Positions 61,265 through 64,000 of a stretch of DNA of 64,000 nucleotides are shown one piece after another. The position numbers were made by a program, and so were the translations under genes. This stretch comes from a virus: IMG/VR virus record IMGVR_UViG_3300045988_162372. One strand, 5' to 3'. The notes under the pieces are model-generated. The model made no database searches. It was given only the letters and a program-made list of their open reading frames with translations, and had not been told where the DNA came from. Numbering within the stretch: position 1 is the first letter of the stretch; each line of letters begins with the position of its first letter.

Positions 61265-61855
61265 TTAAAGATTGTCAAAATTCTCAATGAACCAATTGGC
61301 GGCACATCTTGCTTCTTCTTTAGTTAGCCATTTCTGGTTTTTATTTTCATCAATCACATCAAATTTTCCTATCTTTGCATACCAGTGCGTACCATTATCC
61401 CATTGAATGTATCTTACGTCATCCAAAGACATCTTTTCATCGTCTGGATAAACTAATTTCTCCTTAATTACTGTTTCGATAACCTCAAGGGTGGAATTGT
61501 CAACTAGTGACACCATTTCTTTATTCAAATAGAATTTTACACCTTTATTGAAAAGGTTTATTTCTGATTGAAGCATCAAGTTTTCAACCTTAGTAGCCAC
61601 AATGACCCACGGCAATCCTTGATTTTCTGGTTTCTGTGCCGTGATTTCCACAATATAAGGGAAACGATGTTCGTAATGGCCTACGCCACCTATACTGAGA
61701 TACCTAAAATAATCAGCAACACCTTCCTTAAAATAACTTTTTCCATAGGTGTTAAAATGCTCTTTGATGGTATTAATGGAATCAGCTAACAGATACCAAT
61801 GCCCTTTATCATTTTCCTTACCTTTGTTTCGTATTTTTGCAAATGTATAACTCAT
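61265..61855 (-). CDS. hypothetical protein
   Basis: 196-aa ORF downstream of a minus-strand -7 box. Confidence 0.6.
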   Translation of the reverse strand: MSYTFAKIRNKGKENDKGHWYLLADSINTIKEHFNTYGKSYFKEGVADYFRYLSIGGVGHYEHRFPYIVEITAQKPENQGLPWVIVATKVENLMLQSEINLFNKGVKFYLNKEMVSLVDNSTLEVIETVIKEKLVYPDDEKMSLDDVRYIQWDNGTHWYAKIGKFDVIDENKNQKWLTKEEARCAANWFIENFDNL

Positions 61856-61890
61856 AGCTTATTCTCTTATTTCTTCTAAGTTTGATAATG

Positions 61891-61898
61891 CAAAGATA
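61891..61898 (-). promoter_or_regulatory. -7 box TATCTTTG on minus strand
   Basis: 35 nt upstream of ATG 61855; no clear -33. Confidence 0.5.
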
Positions 61899-61941
61899 AG
61901 GCAATATATTGGAATAAAGAAATTATAATCGTTAATTAATA

Positions 61942-62550
61942 CTAATCTCTCCACAATTTATTATCGACAATAAATTTCCTAACCTTATCAGGAACATAAA
62001 AGTTTATAGTCTTACCCTGCCTTATTTCTCTTCTGATAAATGTTGAACTCAGGTTTGAAAGAGGACAATTATGCAATATCTTTATATTTTTGATATTGTA
62101 TTTGTTTTCCAAATTATTTATTTCTTTCTCGCAATCAATATTACCTCTTGGGATAACAATAATATTAACCATTGATAACAATTCATCAATTTTGTACCAA
62201 TTATCCAACTGTTTCACATTATCAGCACCAACAATCAGAGAGAACTCCACATTATAAGACAATTCCTGTAATTTTTTAACTGTATTATAAGTATATGTCG
62301 GTCTTGATAACATTTCTTCAATGTAAGAATAAGACATTCGTCTATTTTCGATATCACAAATAGATAACTCAATCATGTTACATCTCATACTGAAATCTGC
62401 TAATTCGTTACCAGTATATTTAAATGGTGCATCTGGGCTTGGTATAAATAATACTTTGTCAACATTAGCATTGTTTAATACATAGTTAGCGATCATTAAA
62501 TGCCCGTTATGAATAGGATTAAATGTTCCGATAAATAAAGCTGTTGTCAT
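61942..62550 (-). CDS. nadD: nicotinate/nicotinamide-mononucleotide adenylyltransferase
   Basis: FIGTFNPIHNGHL (H/TxGH) and SSTFIRREI (ISSTxxR) motifs. Confidence 0.85.
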   Translation of the reverse strand: MTTALFIGTFNPIHNGHLMIANYVLNNANVDKVLFIPSPDAPFKYTGNELADFSMRCNMIELSICDIENRRMSYSYIEEMLSRPTYTYNTVKKLQELSYNVEFSLIVGADNVKQLDNWYKIDELLSMVNIIVIPRGNIDCEKEINNLENKYNIKNIKILHNCPLSNLSSTFIRREIRQGKTINFYVPDKVRKFIVDNKLWRD

Positions 62551-62900
62551 TTACTATTTTTCTTTATTAAATAATTACATGTTCCAGTTTTCCTATGTAT
62601 GCAGTTTGTCAAACAATCATTACAGAATAGTTTACCATCGCTGTTTTTCTTTAATATTATAAAATGATATTTGCAATAATCGTCCTCTTCTGGTATATCT
62701 AAATTGTCCTGTTTTTCAACATCGTTTTTTAAAACTATTTCTTTAGGTTCTTCATCTTCCCATTTGACTTCTGGAAATAATCCAGAAGGGAGTTGAATAA
62801 CTGTTGTAGTTGCACTACTCATTAACCAAAACTCTTCTCTTTTAGAAGGTTTTTCTGAAAAAAGGTACAATTCTTCGTCTTTATCTCTTGCTATCCACAT
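62547..62900 (-). CDS. hypothetical Cys-rich protein
   Basis: 117-aa ORF; ATGA-type overlap with nadD. Confidence 0.55.
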   Translation of the reverse strand: MWIARDKDEELYLFSEKPSKREEFWLMSSATTTVIQLPSGLFPEVKWEDEEPKEIVLKNDVEKQDNLDIPEEDDYCKYHFIILKKNSDGKLFCNDCLTNCIHRKTGTCNYLIKKNSK

Positions 62901-62903
62901 AGT

Positions 62904-63098
62904 TTATTCCTCCTCTGTTAAAGTATCATCAGGAATATCGTTCCACTTTTCGATGAAGATATTGAGATATTCCCCATATTCTTCATCAGACCATCCATGC
63001 AATGATTGCATTACTGCTTTAAGTTCACCTTCTTCGGCTATTCTTAAAAGACCGCCTATAAATACTCTGAATATGTTATTCTTACAAATCTTTGCCAT
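62904..63098 (-). CDS. hypothetical protein
   Basis: 64-aa ORF in minus-strand gene train. Confidence 0.5.
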   Translation of the reverse strand: MAKICKNNIFRVFIGGLLRIAEEGELKAVMQSLHGWSDEEYGEYLNIFIEKWNDIPDDTLTEEE

Positions 63099-63100
63099 AG

Positions 63101-63991
63101 TTATTCCTCCCAGTTTATCTTAGTAGTTGTAATATAACCTTTAGGGCAAGCATTATCAAAGGCATCTTTTCTCGTCTTATAGATAGTCTGTTCTATTAAA
63201 CGCTCATTGTTATTGGTTTCTTCCCTATACACATTCACCCATCCCTCTTTCTTTTCTGGAAGCATCATAAGATCTTCATCTTTCGGGTTCTGTGAATCAA
63301 CTATGTACCCATCAATACCATAGAATAAAACTTCTTCAAAATCCCCGTCAAAAGCTGTAACACAAGCAACGATTTTATAATAATCACCATTAATTCTGTC
63401 AAAGCAAATAATCCTTGCCTTTCTTCCATCTCTTGTGCATACTGGCTTGCCTTGTTTAGCCGAGTTAATATCGAATGGGGTTAATGTAGGTTTATCATCA
63501 CAACCTTTAAAGTGGGAAGTAAACTTGTCATCACACCAATATTTGATATTCTCGATAATCTTATTTACATCTTTCATCATTACCTCCTCACTGCTATATT
63601 TTGTTTCAGAATGAATAAAATAATCGTAAGCACCACTATCTTTTGTTTGCAATTCAATATGCCACGGCTGTGAAGTACCAATATAACGCCTATCAAAAAC
63701 TCGTGCAATAATTGCAAGTGAATGAGGGTTATCACAAGTGAAGAAAATCATAAATCTATCCTTGCAATGGCCGCAACAACTTTCTGTTGTGCATACATCT
63801 GAAATTGAATTTAGCACATCACAAATCTGAATGCATTCTTTATCCATATTTCCGTCATAATTATCTTTCTTTTCTTCCATATCTTCTTTGTTTTTAATTT
63901 CTATTGATATTGTCTCATTTACCATATTATATGTAGTAATAATTGAATTATTAGTAAATATAGGCTTTACAAATACTTTGTACCGTTGCAT
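63101..63991 (-). CDS. hypothetical protein
   Basis: 296-aa ORF; Cys cluster CTTESCCGHC; no family recognised. Confidence 0.6.
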   Translation of the reverse strand: MQRYKVFVKPIFTNNSIITTYNMVNETISIEIKNKEDMEEKKDNYDGNMDKECIQICDVLNSISDVCTTESCCGHCKDRFMIFFTCDNPHSLAIIARVFDRRYIGTSQPWHIELQTKDSGAYDYFIHSETKYSSEEVMMKDVNKIIENIKYWCDDKFTSHFKGCDDKPTLTPFDINSAKQGKPVCTRDGRKARIICFDRINGDYYKIVACVTAFDGDFEEVLFYGIDGYIVDSQNPKDEDLMMLPEKKEGWVNVYREETNNNERLIEQTIYKTRKDAFDNACPKGYITTTKINWEE

Positions 63992-64000
63992 GGTAATATT

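Noticed and set aside
1-64000. CRISPR array, rRNA or tRNA genes
   Set aside because: I saw no regularly spaced direct repeats and no cloverleaf-compatible sequence with a T-loop-like GTTCRANYC element in any intergenic gap. All gaps longer than 70 nt are explained by promoters, terminators or hairpins.

Overview
AT-rich window (about one-third G+C by eye) that reads as an accessory, non-structural arm of a large phage or phage-like element infecting a Bacteroidota host. More than 110 tightly packed ORFs run on the + strand from 1 to 55,057 and on the - strand from 55,106 to the end, meeting at a bidirectional hairpin. Host assignment rests on about 20 intergenic matches to the Bacteroidetes promoter consensus (-33 TTTG, 19-21 nt spacer, -7 TAnnTTTG) and the lack of Shine-Dalgarno sequences. 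No capsid, tail or terminase genes, rRNA, tRNA or CRISPR array were recognised.

Recognisable content:
- A dense RNA end-healing and sealing repertoire: three RNA-ligase-type nucleotidyltransferases, an HD-Pnk fusion, a Thg1-like 3'-5' polymerase, a 2H phosphoesterase, a Cys-phosphatase, two metallophosphoesterases and a DEDDh exonuclease.
- NAD-related genes: a pncB / ADP-ribosylglycohydrolase / HExxH-protein operon, plus a distant nadD.
- A solo IS200/IS605-type TnpB element.
- A GHKL-ATPase / GIY-YIG-like / convergent DNA methyltransferase island, and an HNH homing endonuclease.
- An Fmt-like formyltransferase followed by a 12-TM MFS transporter, a ClpP-like protease, a radical-SAM enzyme, and TelA, SSB and a PD-(D/E)XK nuclease.
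- Many small membrane or zinc-ribbon proteins.

Things most worth a second look:
- A five-copy family of small acidic proteins with an invariant N-terminal D[VI]ITNSS[ST]E[VI]F motif, interleaved with the RNA ligases. I cannot assign it to a known family.
- An adenine-depleted, GC-rich 3' end of a DUF1566 gene that looks like a DGR variable region, with no reverse transcriptase in the window.
- A paralogous DUF1566 gene split by a G9 homopolymer.
- A GHKL ATPase whose ATP-binding N-terminus has no in-frame start codon.
- A compact PolA-like protein behind a structured leader.
- A methyltransferase-like gene with a single in-frame TAG.
- A conserved hairpin family, GTACTY-N4-GAGTAY.

All functional calls come from motifs read by eye. 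No database or HMM search was run.
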